This document shows, one piece after another, positions 9,010 to 19,216 of a stretch of DNA of 64,000 nt. The number at the start of each line of letters is the position of its first letter. Position 1 is the stretch's first letter. The translations under genes were made by a program, and so were the position numbers. The notes beneath the pieces were generated by a model, which was given only the letters and a program-made list of their open reading frames with translations, was not told the DNA's origin and made no database searches. Source of the stretch: an uncultured Candidatus Saccharibacteria bacterium (lineage in GTDB: Bacteria > Patescibacteriota > Minisyncoccia > 2-02-FULL-40-12 > GWA2-44-9); the NCBI GenBank assembly GCA_964491455.1, contig CAZBFM010000001.1, positions 279,425 to 343,424 of the forward strand. The letters run 5' to 3'.

Positions 9010-10464
9010 TTAATAGCTCTGTGCAAAGAGCCAGTGTCTATGCGCCGCCGAGCCACATTTTATACACGTTGCCTCAACGTGCTCATCGATACGACTTAGC
9101 TCAAGCACCCTCGGAGTCGCCTTCGAAGCCTCCTTAATCAAAGCCTCGCAATCGGCATTTTCACACCATGGAGCGCGAATAAACATTTTTTTATTCGTCA
9201 TAATCTCCATGAATTCCTCCCAAGTAGCCACATCGCTCGTGAGCGACAGCTTTGCTGCGTCACTTCGCTCAAGCAATGATGACTGCATATCTGTAAGAAG
9301 CGCCTGAACCCGCTCGACTACGTCCGAGTCAGAAATTGTCGTCTTTGCAAAAGTATCTCGACGCACAGCCGTGACGGTTCGACTTTCAGCCTCACGAGCT
9401 CCGACTTCTAATCTGATCGGCGTACCAGCAAGTTCATGCTCATTAATTCGAAAACCCATAGTATGCTCGAAGTCATCATCGAGCTGTACTCGAACCCCAG
9501 CGCTCGCCAAGCGCTCGACTATGCTCGCTGCATACGCAACTGCCTGGGCTTGTTTTTCCTGATCTTTCCCGCCGAGAGCCAATACAACAACTTGCTTCGG
9601 AGCAACCCGCGGAGGAAGAATAAGCCCAGCATCGTCACCATGCACAAAAATCAAACCACCGATTGAACGCGTCGAAAGACCCCAGCTTGTTTGATGCGCC
9701 GTTGTTTGGCCCCCTTCTTTATTCTGATATGTGACATTAAACACTTCAGCAAAATGAGTACCGAGATAATGGCTCGTCGCAGCCTGCAATGCTTTTCCGT
9801 CTGGTAAGACAATCTCAACTGAATACGTCCTATCAGCACCAGCAAACTTCTCTGCTGAACTCTTCAAGCCGATGTAAGGCGAGATTGCAAATTCCTCTTC
9901 ATAAAACCGCCTGTACCAGGTGAGCGCGCGCAATACCATCTCCATGGCATCAGACTCATCTGCGTGCACGGTATGCCCTTCTTGCCACAAAAACTCACTC
10001 GTTCGAAGAAATGGGTACGTACGTTTTTCCCAACGAACGACATTACACCACTGATTAATCTTCAGAGGCAAATCGCGCCATGATTGAATCCAGTCCGAAA
10101 ATGTTGCGTACATGATTGTCTCTGATGTAGGTCGAATGGCGAGAGGCTCTGCGAGCTCCTCTCCTCCTCCATGAGTAACTACGGCCAACTCCGGTGAGAA
10201 TCCCGCAACGTGCTCTTTCTCACGCTGTAAATAACTCATCGGAATGAGGAGTGGGAAGTAGACGTTTTGCACGCCGTCAGCCTTAAACCAACTATCGAGT
10301 ACTAACTGCACTCGCTCCCAAATGGCATAGCCACGAGGCTTTATAATCATGCACCCTTTCACTGGAGCATATTCAGCGAGTCCAGCTCGAGCAACGACGT
10401 CACTATACCATTCAGCAATATTCTCACTCTTTTTCGTTAGTGCTTTTTTTTCAAATGTAGGCAT
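9010..10464 (-). CDS. proS: Prolyl-tRNA synthetase (archaeal/eukaryotic-like type with C-terminal Zn-binding domain)
   Basis: 484 aa. Class II core with no INS editing insertion, and a C-terminal Cys cluster (…CENADCEALIKEA…CIKCG…). Confidence 0.85.
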   Translation of the reverse strand: MPTFEKKALTKKSENIAEWYSDVVARAGLAEYAPVKGCMIIKPRGYAIWERVQLVLDSWFKADGVQNVYFPLLIPMSYLQREKEHVAGFSPELAVVTHGGGEELAEPLAIRPTSETIMYATFSDWIQSWRDLPLKINQWCNVVRWEKRTYPFLRTSEFLWQEGHTVHADESDAMEMVLRALTWYRRFYEEEFAISPYIGLKSSAEKFAGADRTYSVEIVLPDGKALQAATSHYLGTHFAEVFNVTYQNKEGGQTTAHQTSWGLSTRSIGGLIFVHGDDAGLILPPRVAPKQVVVLALGGKDQEKQAQAVAYAASIVERLASAGVRVQLDDDFEHTMGFRINEHELAGTPIRLEVGAREAESRTVTAVRRDTFAKTTISDSDVVERVQALLTDMQSSLLERSDAAKLSLTSDVATWEEFMEIMTNKKMFIRAPWCENADCEALIKEASKATPRVLELSRIDEHVEATCIKCGSAAHRHWLFAQSY

Positions 10465-10465
10465 T

Positions 10466-11554
10466 TTAGAATAGTTTTATGACGTCCTTAATTGTTACCG
10501 CCACCATCAGCACGAGAAGCACCATGAAACCCAATGCGTGAATGGTGCGCTCTGTTGATTCGCGCAATGATTTTCCGCGAAGCTTCTGCGCGATAATCAT
10601 CACCGCCCGACCTCCATCAAGCGCTGGAAAAGGCAATACATTAAGCACCGCTAAATTCACTGAAATCATCGCCATAAATTGAAGCAAATAAGTGAACCCC
10701 ACGCGAGCGGCTTGTCCCGTCATCGAGGCAATACCGATAGGACCGGAAATATCAGCTCCGAGACTGCCGGTGCGAAATAGCGAGGCTAGTAGTCCACCGT
10801 ATCCAACAAGCGTCGCTGTAAAGAGGTGCCACGTATCAACCACACCCAACCACATACTCTGGTACCACGGATATCGGACCACGCCAGTACGCGCTAGTGA
10901 AATGCCGATGGGTCCTTCGTTTGGATTCGAAGAAGAGCGTAACGCTAGAGGGAGATCCACGGTATCAGCTCCTCTTCGAATCGTGATGATCACCGATGCA
11001 TCCATGTGACTGTATGCAAACTTCTGAACATCTTCCGGAGTCGCAATTCGCTCTAGCACAGAGCGATCGGTTTGCTTGAAACCGAGAATCTCATCTAAGG
11101 GACGTAAACCGGCACGCTCCGCAGGGCTCGACTGCAACACTTGAATAATTTGAACTTTCACATCTCTTGCGCGAGCAGCCATGTCCTCATCAAAGATCCC
11201 AACTCGAAGACCCCCGAAATTGCATATCACGAGCAAAACAGCCGCCAACACTAGATTCATTGCAACACCGGCGAAGACGACAGCGAGCTGCGACCAGAAT
11301 CCTGCAAATCCAAAACTACCTGGTGCAGTACGTTGCTCGCCCTCTTCACCGAAGATACGGACAAATCCGCCAAAAAGTATCGCGTTAATGCTATAGATTG
11401 TACCGTTGTGCTGAAAACTCCACAGTCGAGGTGGGAATCCAAGCCCAAACTCCTCTACCTTCATCCCTGTTTTCTTTGCAACAATAAAATGCCCCGCTTC
11501 ATGCACGAGCACAAGAACCGACAGAACGAGAATAAATACAATAAAGGTGAACAT
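10466..11554 (-). CDS. rseP: Site-2 protease RseP/M50 family zinc metalloprotease with PDZ domain
   Basis: 362 aa. HEAGHF (HExxH) in the first TM, a central PDZ-like region and multiple TM helices. Confidence 0.8.
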   Translation of the reverse strand: MFTFIVFILVLSVLVLVHEAGHFIVAKKTGMKVEEFGLGFPPRLWSFQHNGTIYSINAILFGGFVRIFGEEGEQRTAPGSFGFAGFWSQLAVVFAGVAMNLVLAAVLLVICNFGGLRVGIFDEDMAARARDVKVQIIQVLQSSPAERAGLRPLDEILGFKQTDRSVLERIATPEDVQKFAYSHMDASVIITIRRGADTVDLPLALRSSSNPNEGPIGISLARTGVVRYPWYQSMWLGVVDTWHLFTATLVGYGGLLASLFRTGSLGADISGPIGIASMTGQAARVGFTYLLQFMAMISVNLAVLNVLPFPALDGGRAVMIIAQKLRGKSLRESTERTIHALGFMVLLVLMVAVTIKDVIKLF

Positions 11555-11555
11555 G

Positions 11556-12119
11556 CTACACGCTCATGAGCTCAGACTCTTTCTTCTTAGCGATATCATC
11601 AAGCTTTCCGTTGTACTCATCAACTATTTTTTGCAGCTGCTCTTTTGCGCGGTGCACATCATCTTCACGTGCAGTCTTTTCTTTTACGGCGGACTGCACC
11701 TTCTTGAGAATATCTTCACGCAATTGGCGCACTCGAATTCGAGCTTCTTCGGTCTTCGTACCGAGTAGTTTTGTATACTCAAGACGACGCTCTTGTGTTA
11801 GCGCCGGAACCGTGAGGCGGACGGCAACCCCATCAACCACAGGAGAAAGTTGCAATGACGAGTCGCGGATTCCCTTTTCGATTGCCGCAAGAGCGCCCTT
11901 GTCCCATGGCTGTATTGCGATACTTCGGGGATCAGGAGTGCTAATGGCTGCGACTTCCTTGATGCGCAAGGGAGTCCCCATATAATCAATCACAATATCA
12001 GAAACCATGTCAGGATTTGCACGTCCCGTACGAATTGACGTGGCTTCGTTTTGTAGCCACTCGATAATCGCTTCAAGGTCTTTACGACGGTCTTTGATGA
12101 GTTGTTCAATCATAATCAA
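11556..12119 (-). CDS. frr: Ribosome recycling factor
   Basis: 187 aa. Characteristic RRF sequence throughout (…IRTGRANPDMV…VDYMGTPLRIK…). Confidence 0.9.
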   Translation of the reverse strand: MIMIEQLIKDRRKDLEAIIEWLQNEATSIRTGRANPDMVSDIVIDYMGTPLRIKEVAAISTPDPRSIAIQPWDKGALAAIEKGIRDSSLQLSPVVDGVAVRLTVPALTQERRLEYTKLLGTKTEEARIRVRQLREDILKKVQSAVKEKTAREDDVHRAKEQLQKIVDEYNGKLDDIAKKKESELMSV

Positions 12120-12125
12120 TGAATA

Positions 12126-13004
12126 CTACCATGAAATACGAGGTAATTCCAGCGCAAAAGCATCAAGGGCCAATCGTTTATTATTCTTTGACTCGCTCAG
12201 ATGAGCAACAACGCTTATGAGTGAGCGCACAAGCACAGCACTTGACGCATCCTCTAGCATTCTCTTCCGTGCCAATGTGAGCCACCACAAAATAACCTCC
12301 CCAGTTCGCTCACGTTCAGCAAGCTGCTTCGTATACAGCAAGCGCTCCGCAATGGGTTGCGCGCAAAACAACTTCAACTCCTCACTGGCTTTCGTTATGT
12401 CACGCATCACATCGCCACGCACACATTGCAATGCGTATCCAGGTCGCCCCAAAGCAATAGAACTCACGAGCTGGATATCGATCTCTTGAAGGTGAGCAGC
12501 CCGTAAGACTTCACGAACGTCATTATCTGGCAGCAGAGAAAATTCTATTTGAAAACATCGTGATAGTATCGTCGAGATAATCGCTCGCGGAAACGATGAG
12601 ATCAGAAACACGGACACATACGGTGGGGTCTCCTCGAGTAACTTCAAGAGAGCGTTTGCCGCTTCATCGCTCAATTTTTCAGCATCATCAATGACGGCAA
12701 TTTTGTGCACGCCATATAGCGGCCGCTGATATGCCCACCGTTTTAGTCGCAAGGCATCGTCGATGGAGATATCCGTTATCTTGCCAGTATCCTTACTAGT
12801 CCCGGTCATCAAAAACATGTAATCGGGATTGTTCGCAATATCACTATCCGTACGCAATACATGTCTCGCAACATCGTGGGCAAACATTTTCTTGCCGATT
12901 CCCGACTCTCCGCTCAGTAAATAGACACCTGAAAGCTTCCCTTTTTTCAGAATTTCTTCCAACAGATTCTTTTGTTGCGTGTGACCATAGACGCTCCACT
13001 GCAT
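12126..13004 (-). CDS. holB: DNA polymerase III delta-prime subunit (clamp-loader AAA+)
   Basis: 292 aa. Walker A-like GESGIGKK and AAA+ lid. Size typical of delta-prime. Confidence 0.65.
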   Translation of the reverse strand: MQWSVYGHTQQKNLLEEILKKGKLSGVYLLSGESGIGKKMFAHDVARHVLRTDSDIANNPDYMFLMTGTSKDTGKITDISIDDALRLKRWAYQRPLYGVHKIAVIDDAEKLSDEAANALLKLLEETPPYVSVFLISSFPRAIISTILSRCFQIEFSLLPDNDVREVLRAAHLQEIDIQLVSSIALGRPGYALQCVRGDVMRDITKASEELKLFCAQPIAERLLYTKQLAERERTGEVILWWLTLARKRMLEDASSAVLVRSLISVVAHLSESKNNKRLALDAFALELPRISW

Positions 13005-13038
13005 ACACTGAATCTACCACGAGTACAGCAAAATGAAA

Positions 13039-14160
13039 CTATCCCAACAACGTCTGTGCAATCCGCTGTGCTGCGTCGACATGCGCAAATTCCTTAATCC
13101 GCAACGCCACACCAGGGTACACCAAGGGATCAAGAAGTCGCTGTACTTGTGAAATCAACACTTGACCACTCAGATTCGCGCCGTCCATGACAACAGCACC
13201 GAATCCAGAAAGCTCTTGAGCATTCCGAGCTTGGTGATCGCTCGCAGACCCCACCAGCGGGATAATTATCATGGGCTTTGAGAGATATGATAGCTCCGTA
13301 AGCATCCCCGCTGAACCACGCGTTATGGCAATATCGCATGCCCCATACGCTGTAGCGAGCTGACCCTGATCAAGGAAGGGGTAGACTCGGTAGTGCGCAG
13401 CAATAAGCGGAGCAAACGTACTCTCCCCTTCTTTCATAAGCGTTTCGATAGCCTGACGAACGGACTCGAAATTCCTATCTCCAGTTTGATGAATTATCTG
13501 ATAGTTTTTTTGAAGCAATGAAACAAGCACCTCTAAGATCAGGTCATTGAGTTGCTGCGCTCCAGAAGAACTTCCGGTCACAAAAATGGTTTTCTTAGTT
13601 GGGTCGAGCTTGAGCGCCGATTGCGCGAGTCCACGATCAACGCAACACAGTTCTGTTCGAAATGGATTGCCAACCAATAACGTGGAGCAACCTAATTTCT
13701 TAAAATAGCCATCTGAACTTGGAAACGATGTAAAGACGAGCTGACTTCTTTTGGCGAGCATGCGATTAGCCAAACCCGGGATTGCGTCCGATTCGTGTAG
13801 ATACACCGGTATCCTATACAGTCGTGCCGCCAAGACTGGAAATACACACGTATACCCTCCCTTTGCAAAAACCACATCCGGCATATAGAGCCACATCCGG
13901 ACCAGAGATTGAACAAGAGCGATGGGCGCCTTAAAAATATCGAGGAGATTCCCTATGCTCGAGTAGCGACGTAATTTAGGGGCAATGATCTGAATATACC
14001 CGATACCTGCCTCTCGAGCCGCACGCTCGAGTAGTGGGCCATCACCCATCAAGCAAACACTCACTTCTTTCTCAAGTGAAACCAGCGCTCGCGCAACTGC
14101 AATGAGCGGATAGATATGTCCACCAGTGCCCCCACCAACAAGTAGAACACGTTTGCTCAT
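13039..14160 (-). CDS. murG: UDP-GlcNAc:undecaprenyl-PP-MurNAc-pentapeptide GlcNAc transferase MurG
   Basis: 373 aa. N-terminal GGGTGGH motif and GT28 two-domain architecture. Confidence 0.85.
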   Translation of the reverse strand: MSKRVLLVGGGTGGHIYPLIAVARALVSLEKEVSVCLMGDGPLLERAAREAGIGYIQIIAPKLRRYSSIGNLLDIFKAPIALVQSLVRMWLYMPDVVFAKGGYTCVFPVLAARLYRIPVYLHESDAIPGLANRMLAKRSQLVFTSFPSSDGYFKKLGCSTLLVGNPFRTELCCVDRGLAQSALKLDPTKKTIFVTGSSSGAQQLNDLILEVLVSLLQKNYQIIHQTGDRNFESVRQAIETLMKEGESTFAPLIAAHYRVYPFLDQGQLATAYGACDIAITRGSAGMLTELSYLSKPMIIIPLVGSASDHQARNAQELSGFGAVVMDGANLSGQVLISQVQRLLDPLVYPGVALRIKEFAHVDAAQRIAQTLLG

Positions 14161-14774
14161 GGCTTGTCTGGTAATGATTTGACACCGCCTCGTGGTACGG
14201 CTTTTCGAAGATCGTGAAATATTCGCACCTGCAAGGCTGCACCCAGAATGGCGAAGACGCCACCAAGCGTAAAAGCAGCATCGAATCCAAAGTGCGTAAC
14301 GACGATACCGGAAATAGCGGCCGCGCTTGCGCCGCTAACGCCAATAGCGACGGACTCCATCGACCATTCTACATTTTCCTTCATTGCATCGATATGTCGC
14401 GTAAATATCGCATACCACGGCGGCACTGCGAGCGCTGTACCAATTCCAAAGAACGCCTGAATGACATAGATGTGGTTTGCCTCGGATGCAAACAAATACA
14501 TAAATGGAGTGAGCGCAATCAGGAAGCTGCCCGTTATCATACTGTAGTAATCGTCATACTCTCCGTGATTCTTATCGAGCCAGCGCGCCACAGGTATCTG
14601 AAGAACCGCCTTCACAATTTGAGCGATTGCAGCTGCAAATCCTACAACCTCAATGCTGCCGTTATTGATTTGACCCGTGACATACACCGCAAACACCGGT
14701 GCAAAAACTGAAAAGCCTGCGTTGATGAGGAAATCACTTGTGATAAGAATTCGTATCGTATGGCTAATACGCAT
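14157..14774 (-). CDS. Half-size MFS-type transporter (6 TM). Possibly a truncated remnant.
   Basis: 205 aa. Six hydrophobic helices and an MFS loop motif (…PVARWLDKNHG…). A full MFS has 12 TM, and no partner half lies upstream. Confidence 0.4.
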   Translation of the reverse strand: MRISHTIRILITSDFLINAGFSVFAPVFAVYVTGQINNGSIEVVGFAAAIAQIVKAVLQIPVARWLDKNHGEYDDYYSMITGSFLIALTPFMYLFASEANHIYVIQAFFGIGTALAVPPWYAIFTRHIDAMKENVEWSMESVAIGVSGASAAAISGIVVTHFGFDAAFTLGGVFAILGAALQVRIFHDLRKAVPRGGVKSLPDKP

Positions 14775-14835
14775 ATGGTCTTAGTATATCAGAAAGCCGC
14801 CTATCGTGGCGGCTAGACTGTGTATGAAACCGGAG

Positions 14836-16053
14836 CTAACGGGACGGCAGACGAGGAACACCCCACCCCGTAGCGCTATCATCACCAATCGGACCGATAT
14901 CCCGCGAAAGCTCGTGAAGGTATGTTCGCGTCGCCTGAGACTCAAGTCGAGCATTTCGTTGCCATACGAGAGCAGCTAAGCCAACCACATGAGGCGCCGC
15001 CATGGAGGAACCCGATAATATTGCATAGCCCCCATCGCGAAAAGTTGACTCGATATTTACTCCAGGTGCCGCGAATTCGATATCGCCATTTTCAGGTACA
15101 TACGATTCCGTGGTTTCATTAAAACCGCGTGAGGAAAATTCAGCAGAATGATCATCGGAATCGATAGCTCCGACTGATACGACTCGGGAATCCCTCGCTG
15201 GCCAGTCAATGCTTTCCTTGTAGGGACCGTCATTGCCTGCAGGCGCTACGATCATAACGTCGTGATCAGTGGCGTAGCCGATAGCATCGGATATCATCGA
15301 GCTCTGAGCCTCTCCACCCATACCCAATAAGACAATGTTTGCTCCCTCGTCTACCGCGTGAGTGATTGCAACGGCAATATCATCGGAAAGACAAACACCG
15401 GAAGAAGCACACACGCGGTACGCAGAAATACTTGCCTGAGGAGCAAACCCATAAATGCCCTTGCCGTTAATTCCACCATTTGCAGAAATCACACCAGCCA
15501 TATGCGTTCCATGCCCATTACCATCATCGCATTGATTATCAAGAAACGCCTTCACGGGGTCAGTGACATCGAAACATCCATCGATAACACCCTTCAAATC
15601 AGGATGCTCGCGATCAACGCCGGTATCAAGAATAGCAATAGAAACCCCAGAACCTCCTTGCGAAGAGGATTTGCCCGAATCACCGATGAGAGAACTCACT
15701 CCCCAAGGCACACCCTGTGTGGGCATCATCCGTGGAGTCGGTGTAGATGAGGGCTGGACGTCTGAAAGAATGTAATACTTTTTTACCGGAATGGGCTTCA
15801 ATCCGGCTAGCTTCGCAATGCGAACCTGAAGATCGCTTAAGTCCGCGGTAAAGCCATCGGAGAACACGTGCCGAGCGCTCATTGCATTACGCCAAAAAGC
15901 ACGATTCGTTGTTATATAGTAACGATTCGAAGCTCCGGCTGACGCTACAGCAATGCCTGGCGCGAGAAAAAATACCGTAATTACTAGCAAAAGTGAGGAT
16001 ATCCCCTTATTCATATCTTTCCGTATAGTAGCACAAAGTCGCCACGGCAACAA
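14836..16053 (-). CDS. Secreted subtilisin-like serine protease (S8 family)
   Basis: 405 aa. Signal peptide and the D/H/S triad motifs (…AILDTGVD…, HGTHMAG, GSSMAAPHVVG). Confidence 0.8.
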   Translation of the reverse strand: MLPWRLCATIRKDMNKGISSLLLVITVFFLAPGIAVASAGASNRYYITTNRAFWRNAMSARHVFSDGFTADLSDLQVRIAKLAGLKPIPVKKYYILSDVQPSSTPTPRMMPTQGVPWGVSSLIGDSGKSSSQGGSGVSIAILDTGVDREHPDLKGVIDGCFDVTDPVKAFLDNQCDDGNGHGTHMAGVISANGGINGKGIYGFAPQASISAYRVCASSGVCLSDDIAVAITHAVDEGANIVLLGMGGEAQSSMISDAIGYATDHDVMIVAPAGNDGPYKESIDWPARDSRVVSVGAIDSDDHSAEFSSRGFNETTESYVPENGDIEFAAPGVNIESTFRDGGYAILSGSSMAAPHVVGLAALVWQRNARLESQATRTYLHELSRDIGPIGDDSATGWGVPRLPSR

Positions 16054-16064
16054 TCCACCACTGA

Positions 16065-16724
16065 CTAAGCTTCCTCGCTCTTTGGAGTGCAGTCATACGA
16101 TTTTAGAACCGAAAAATCCTCCAAAAGAACCGCTTTCGTTGAAGCATTATAGACTGACACCGCTGGGTGATACTGCGGGATAATCCGGATGCGACCATAC
16201 GCTGCCATTGCCTCAAACACTCGGCCGTGCATGACACTGATTGGTCGCAACAATTCATGTAGTCCAAACAGCTGCATGATATATCCCATGGCATATCGCC
16301 CAAGCGGAACAAGAATCTCTGGCTGAATGATGGCAATTTGACGGTCAAGAAAGGGTCCATACGCATCAATCTCAGCGGGAACCGGGTCTCGATTATGAGG
16401 CGGCCTATCTTTCACGATATTCGTTATGTAGACGTCTTTTCGATCAACTTCGACCGATGCAAGAAGTTGATCAAGTATCTTTCCGGCAGCGCCAACAAAC
16501 GGCCTCCCTGATGCAGCTTCGTTACGCCCCGGTGCCTCACCGATAAACATGACTCGCGCCCAATGACTCCCCTCCCCAATGACAGGATGTCGTTTATTCT
16601 CGGTGCGCTCTGCATACAGCGGAGAAGTCGAAAGCGCAAGAATTTCTTCTTTAATTTTTCGAAGCTCTTCAGTCCGATCTACGTACATATTCGACATCCT
16701 AACGTTCTGAGGCACCAGCAGCAA
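16065..16724 (-). CDS. Uracil-DNA glycosylase, family 4
   Basis: 219 aa. GEAPG…FVG…G motif typical of family-4 UDG (…FIGEAPGRNEAASGRPFVGAAGKILD…). Confidence 0.8.
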   Translation of the reverse strand: MLLVPQNVRMSNMYVDRTEELRKIKEEILALSTSPLYAERTENKRHPVIGEGSHWARVMFIGEAPGRNEAASGRPFVGAAGKILDQLLASVEVDRKDVYITNIVKDRPPHNRDPVPAEIDAYGPFLDRQIAIIQPEILVPLGRYAMGYIMQLFGLHELLRPISVMHGRVFEAMAAYGRIRIIPQYHPAVSVYNASTKAVLLEDFSVLKSYDCTPKSEEA

Positions 16725-18000
16725 GCGCTAAGACACCCCACCACAATAACCTCCCCTGCTGAATCGTAAAAAAGAAGTGATCCATGGTGCCAGTGAGCAT
16801 CACAGCACCAACGAGAATAAGAAGCCCCCTACGGACGACCGCCCCCTGAGAATACGTCACCGTATGCGCTCGAACAACATCGAAGAGAACAATACCAAGA
16901 GCGATAACACCGAGCACCCCCATCTCTGCATACGTCAGAAGGAAAATATTATGCACAGGCGCCACAAGGTACGGTGATAGCGTAGGATTCGAATTTGCAA
17001 GCCACGTTGTAAAGTTACCGATGCCGACGCCGATCCAATGGACTTCTGCCGTGAGCGGCTCGTGAAGAGATAGTGACTCTACTGCATAATACTTCCGCAT
17101 CTGTAGCGCTTCATTCGAGCCTTGCACCGTGGCACGAGCAAGCACGAGCGGCCAAGCAAACGTCAGAAACGCAACAGTCGATATGAGCGTCGTAATCAGG
17201 ATGCGAGAAATCGCCTTACTGCCACCCCGGAGAATCACCATCGCAAATAATGTTGTAGTCGCCAGCATCCAAACCGCAATACTAGTGCGCGAGAAGGTAA
17301 CAAATAGCCCACAAAGTAAAATGCTATACGCGAGGGGCCAAACCCATCGCATCGGATGCCGATGAGAATCGTGTCGCATCCATAACCACATACACATCCA
17401 AAGACTTATCACGAGATACATCGCCAGGACATTCGGATGAGGCAGCGACCCGTATGCGCGCAATATCTTTTCTCCTGATGATGCGTAAAATACAGCAACG
17501 CCGTGCATATCAACACGTAGCAACGTCTCTCCTACGATACGCAATCCAATGTCATGCTGGGCAAGAAACTGTGCAATGCCAAGCATGGATTGACTCATCG
17601 CCCCTATGACGAACGCAAGCGCGGACCAATCATGGCTAAATCTATTCCATGCATATCGACGAAGATACAGAAAGAATAAAATGCCCTGCAATAATCGAGT
17701 AAGCTGATACACACCGATTGAAAGCACAGGAGCATCGACCAATGAAATGCACGCCGCAGCAATCAGTAATGCGAAACGCCATTGTGTACGCCAGGATATG
17801 ACTAGCCTAGAAAAGAAACCTCTCGCTCCAGCAAACACGAGAAGGACGAACATAAGAATGTCAGTCCCGTACAGACTCATCGAGCACCACTCCTGAAACA
17901 CCGTGTCAGCCTGCCAAAGAACGACGCGAGTTTGCCACGCAAGGACTCCTAAAAAAACATACCATATCCATCGCTCCGCACGCTCAGCGTTGAACATCAT
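16699..18000 (-). CDS. O-antigen ligase/Wzy-like polytopic membrane protein
   Basis: 433 aa, at least 10 TM, with a periplasmic loop carrying Wzy_C-like residues. Confidence 0.4.
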   Translation of the reverse strand: MMFNAERAERWIWYVFLGVLAWQTRVVLWQADTVFQEWCSMSLYGTDILMFVLLVFAGARGFFSRLVISWRTQWRFALLIAAACISLVDAPVLSIGVYQLTRLLQGILFFLYLRRYAWNRFSHDWSALAFVIGAMSQSMLGIAQFLAQHDIGLRIVGETLLRVDMHGVAVFYASSGEKILRAYGSLPHPNVLAMYLVISLWMCMWLWMRHDSHRHPMRWVWPLAYSILLCGLFVTFSRTSIAVWMLATTTLFAMVILRGGSKAISRILITTLISTVAFLTFAWPLVLARATVQGSNEALQMRKYYAVESLSLHEPLTAEVHWIGVGIGNFTTWLANSNPTLSPYLVAPVHNIFLLTYAEMGVLGVIALGIVLFDVVRAHTVTYSQGAVVRRGLLILVGAVMLTGTMDHFFFTIQQGRLLWWGVLALAAGASER

Positions 18001-19145
18001 CGAATAAGCACCTCCATCAACACTCCCGCCATAAATACTAGAGCGATCAGCATGACAACCCCGCTGGGGAGCGTCGAGGCAAATTCAGGATTTCGTTGCG
18101 GAGCTTTTCTCGCTCGAAGATATGCAAACAGCAACAATGCAGTCTGGATACCGACGGCAACCGAACCAACAAGACCAATGATGTCGATAAAATTTCTAAA
18201 GCCACTTAGATACAAAGCAATTGGCGGGACGATGGCGAGAGCCCAGGCAGCGCCCTTCTTTTGGGAGTACTCAATGTGAAATGTCTCAAAAAGTATCGTT
18301 CCGAGCGCAATATACGACGTACCGACGGTGAGCAACCCCAGCAGTGAACCTATAACAAGCACGCGCGACCCTAAGAAATGAGACAAGCCGGCTATCGCCG
18401 CCGGAGACGTAACTTCACCACTAACACCCACGACAAGCATCGCGAAAAGGAAATAGATGCACGCTACAAATATCATCGCCATACGGATCGATCGCTTCAG
18501 TAGCCGCTCGCTTCCGGCAAGTACTTGGCGCTGAAGCGGAATGGCAGAAAATCCGGATAGAGAAAACAGCAGCACACCATATGGCAGATACCAAAAATGG
18601 GCCGTCGTGCCGCTATAGTTTGCACTATCGATACTGTGCACTCCATATGCGACCATCGAAAAAATTGCGAGCGTATACGCAGCAATGACAACTAGCTCTA
18701 CTCTTGCTATGGATCGTAGCCGAAGCAACCAAACGGTCGAAAGCACCAATGCGAACACAACTCCGTACCAGGCTGCTTCGAGACGAATATAGTATGAAAA
18801 TATCGTCTGGAGAAACTCACCCGCAAGAATACAATATGCGAGCAACGCACCGAAGAGCGATAGAACGTGCACAACAACGGAAAGGCGACGGGGAATCTCA
18901 CCAAGCCAGACTGAGACGTACCCAGGTATCTGGTGCACACCACTCGTGGAAAGAACGAGTTCCGCAAGGAGTACATGAAAAAGGCCGACGAGCAACGTCA
19001 AAGCAACAAGCCACATCGTTCCTATAAAAAATCCAGCCTTCGCAAATGCAAACGGAATACCAAATAGACCCGCGCCAATCATCGCACTTACCAAGAGTGC
19101 TGTTGCCTGATAGAACTTCAGGGATGGTCCGATCGGAGTAGACAT
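17997..19145 (-). CDS. Amino-acid permease (aromatic/hydroxy amino acid permease-like, about 11 TM)
   Basis: 382 aa. N-terminal GxG in TM1 (…AMIGAGLFGIPFAFAKAG…) typical of the Trp/Tyr permease family. Confidence 0.45.
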   Translation of the reverse strand: MSTPIGPSLKFYQATALLVSAMIGAGLFGIPFAFAKAGFFIGTMWLVALTLLVGLFHVLLAELVLSTSGVHQIPGYVSVWLGEIPRRLSVVVHVLSLFGALLAYCILAGEFLQTIFSYYIRLEAAWYGVVFALVLSTVWLLRLRSIARVELVVIAAYTLAIFSMVAYGVHSIDSANYSGTTAHFWYLPYGVLLFSLSGFSAIPLQRQVLAGSERLLKRSIRMAMIFVACIYFLFAMLVVGVSGEVTSPAAIAGLSHFLGSRVLVIGSLLGLLTVGTSYIALGTILFETFHIEYSQKKGAAWALAIVPPIALYLSGFRNFIDIIGLVGSVAVGIQTALLLFAYLRARKAPQRNPEFASTLPSGVVMLIALVFMAGVLMEVLIR

Positions 19146-19178
19146 GCCGTCATTGTACCTCGCCTCACTTCGCCTGAC

Positions 19179-19213
19179 AAAAAAAGGAGCGGCTCCATTG
19201 CCGCTCCTTTTTT
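19179..19213 (-). terminator. Rho-independent terminator downstream of lon
   Basis: aaaaaaAGGAGCGG-ctccattg-CCGCTCCTtttttt hairpin with T-tract. Confidence 0.65.
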
Positions 19214-19216
19214 GAA

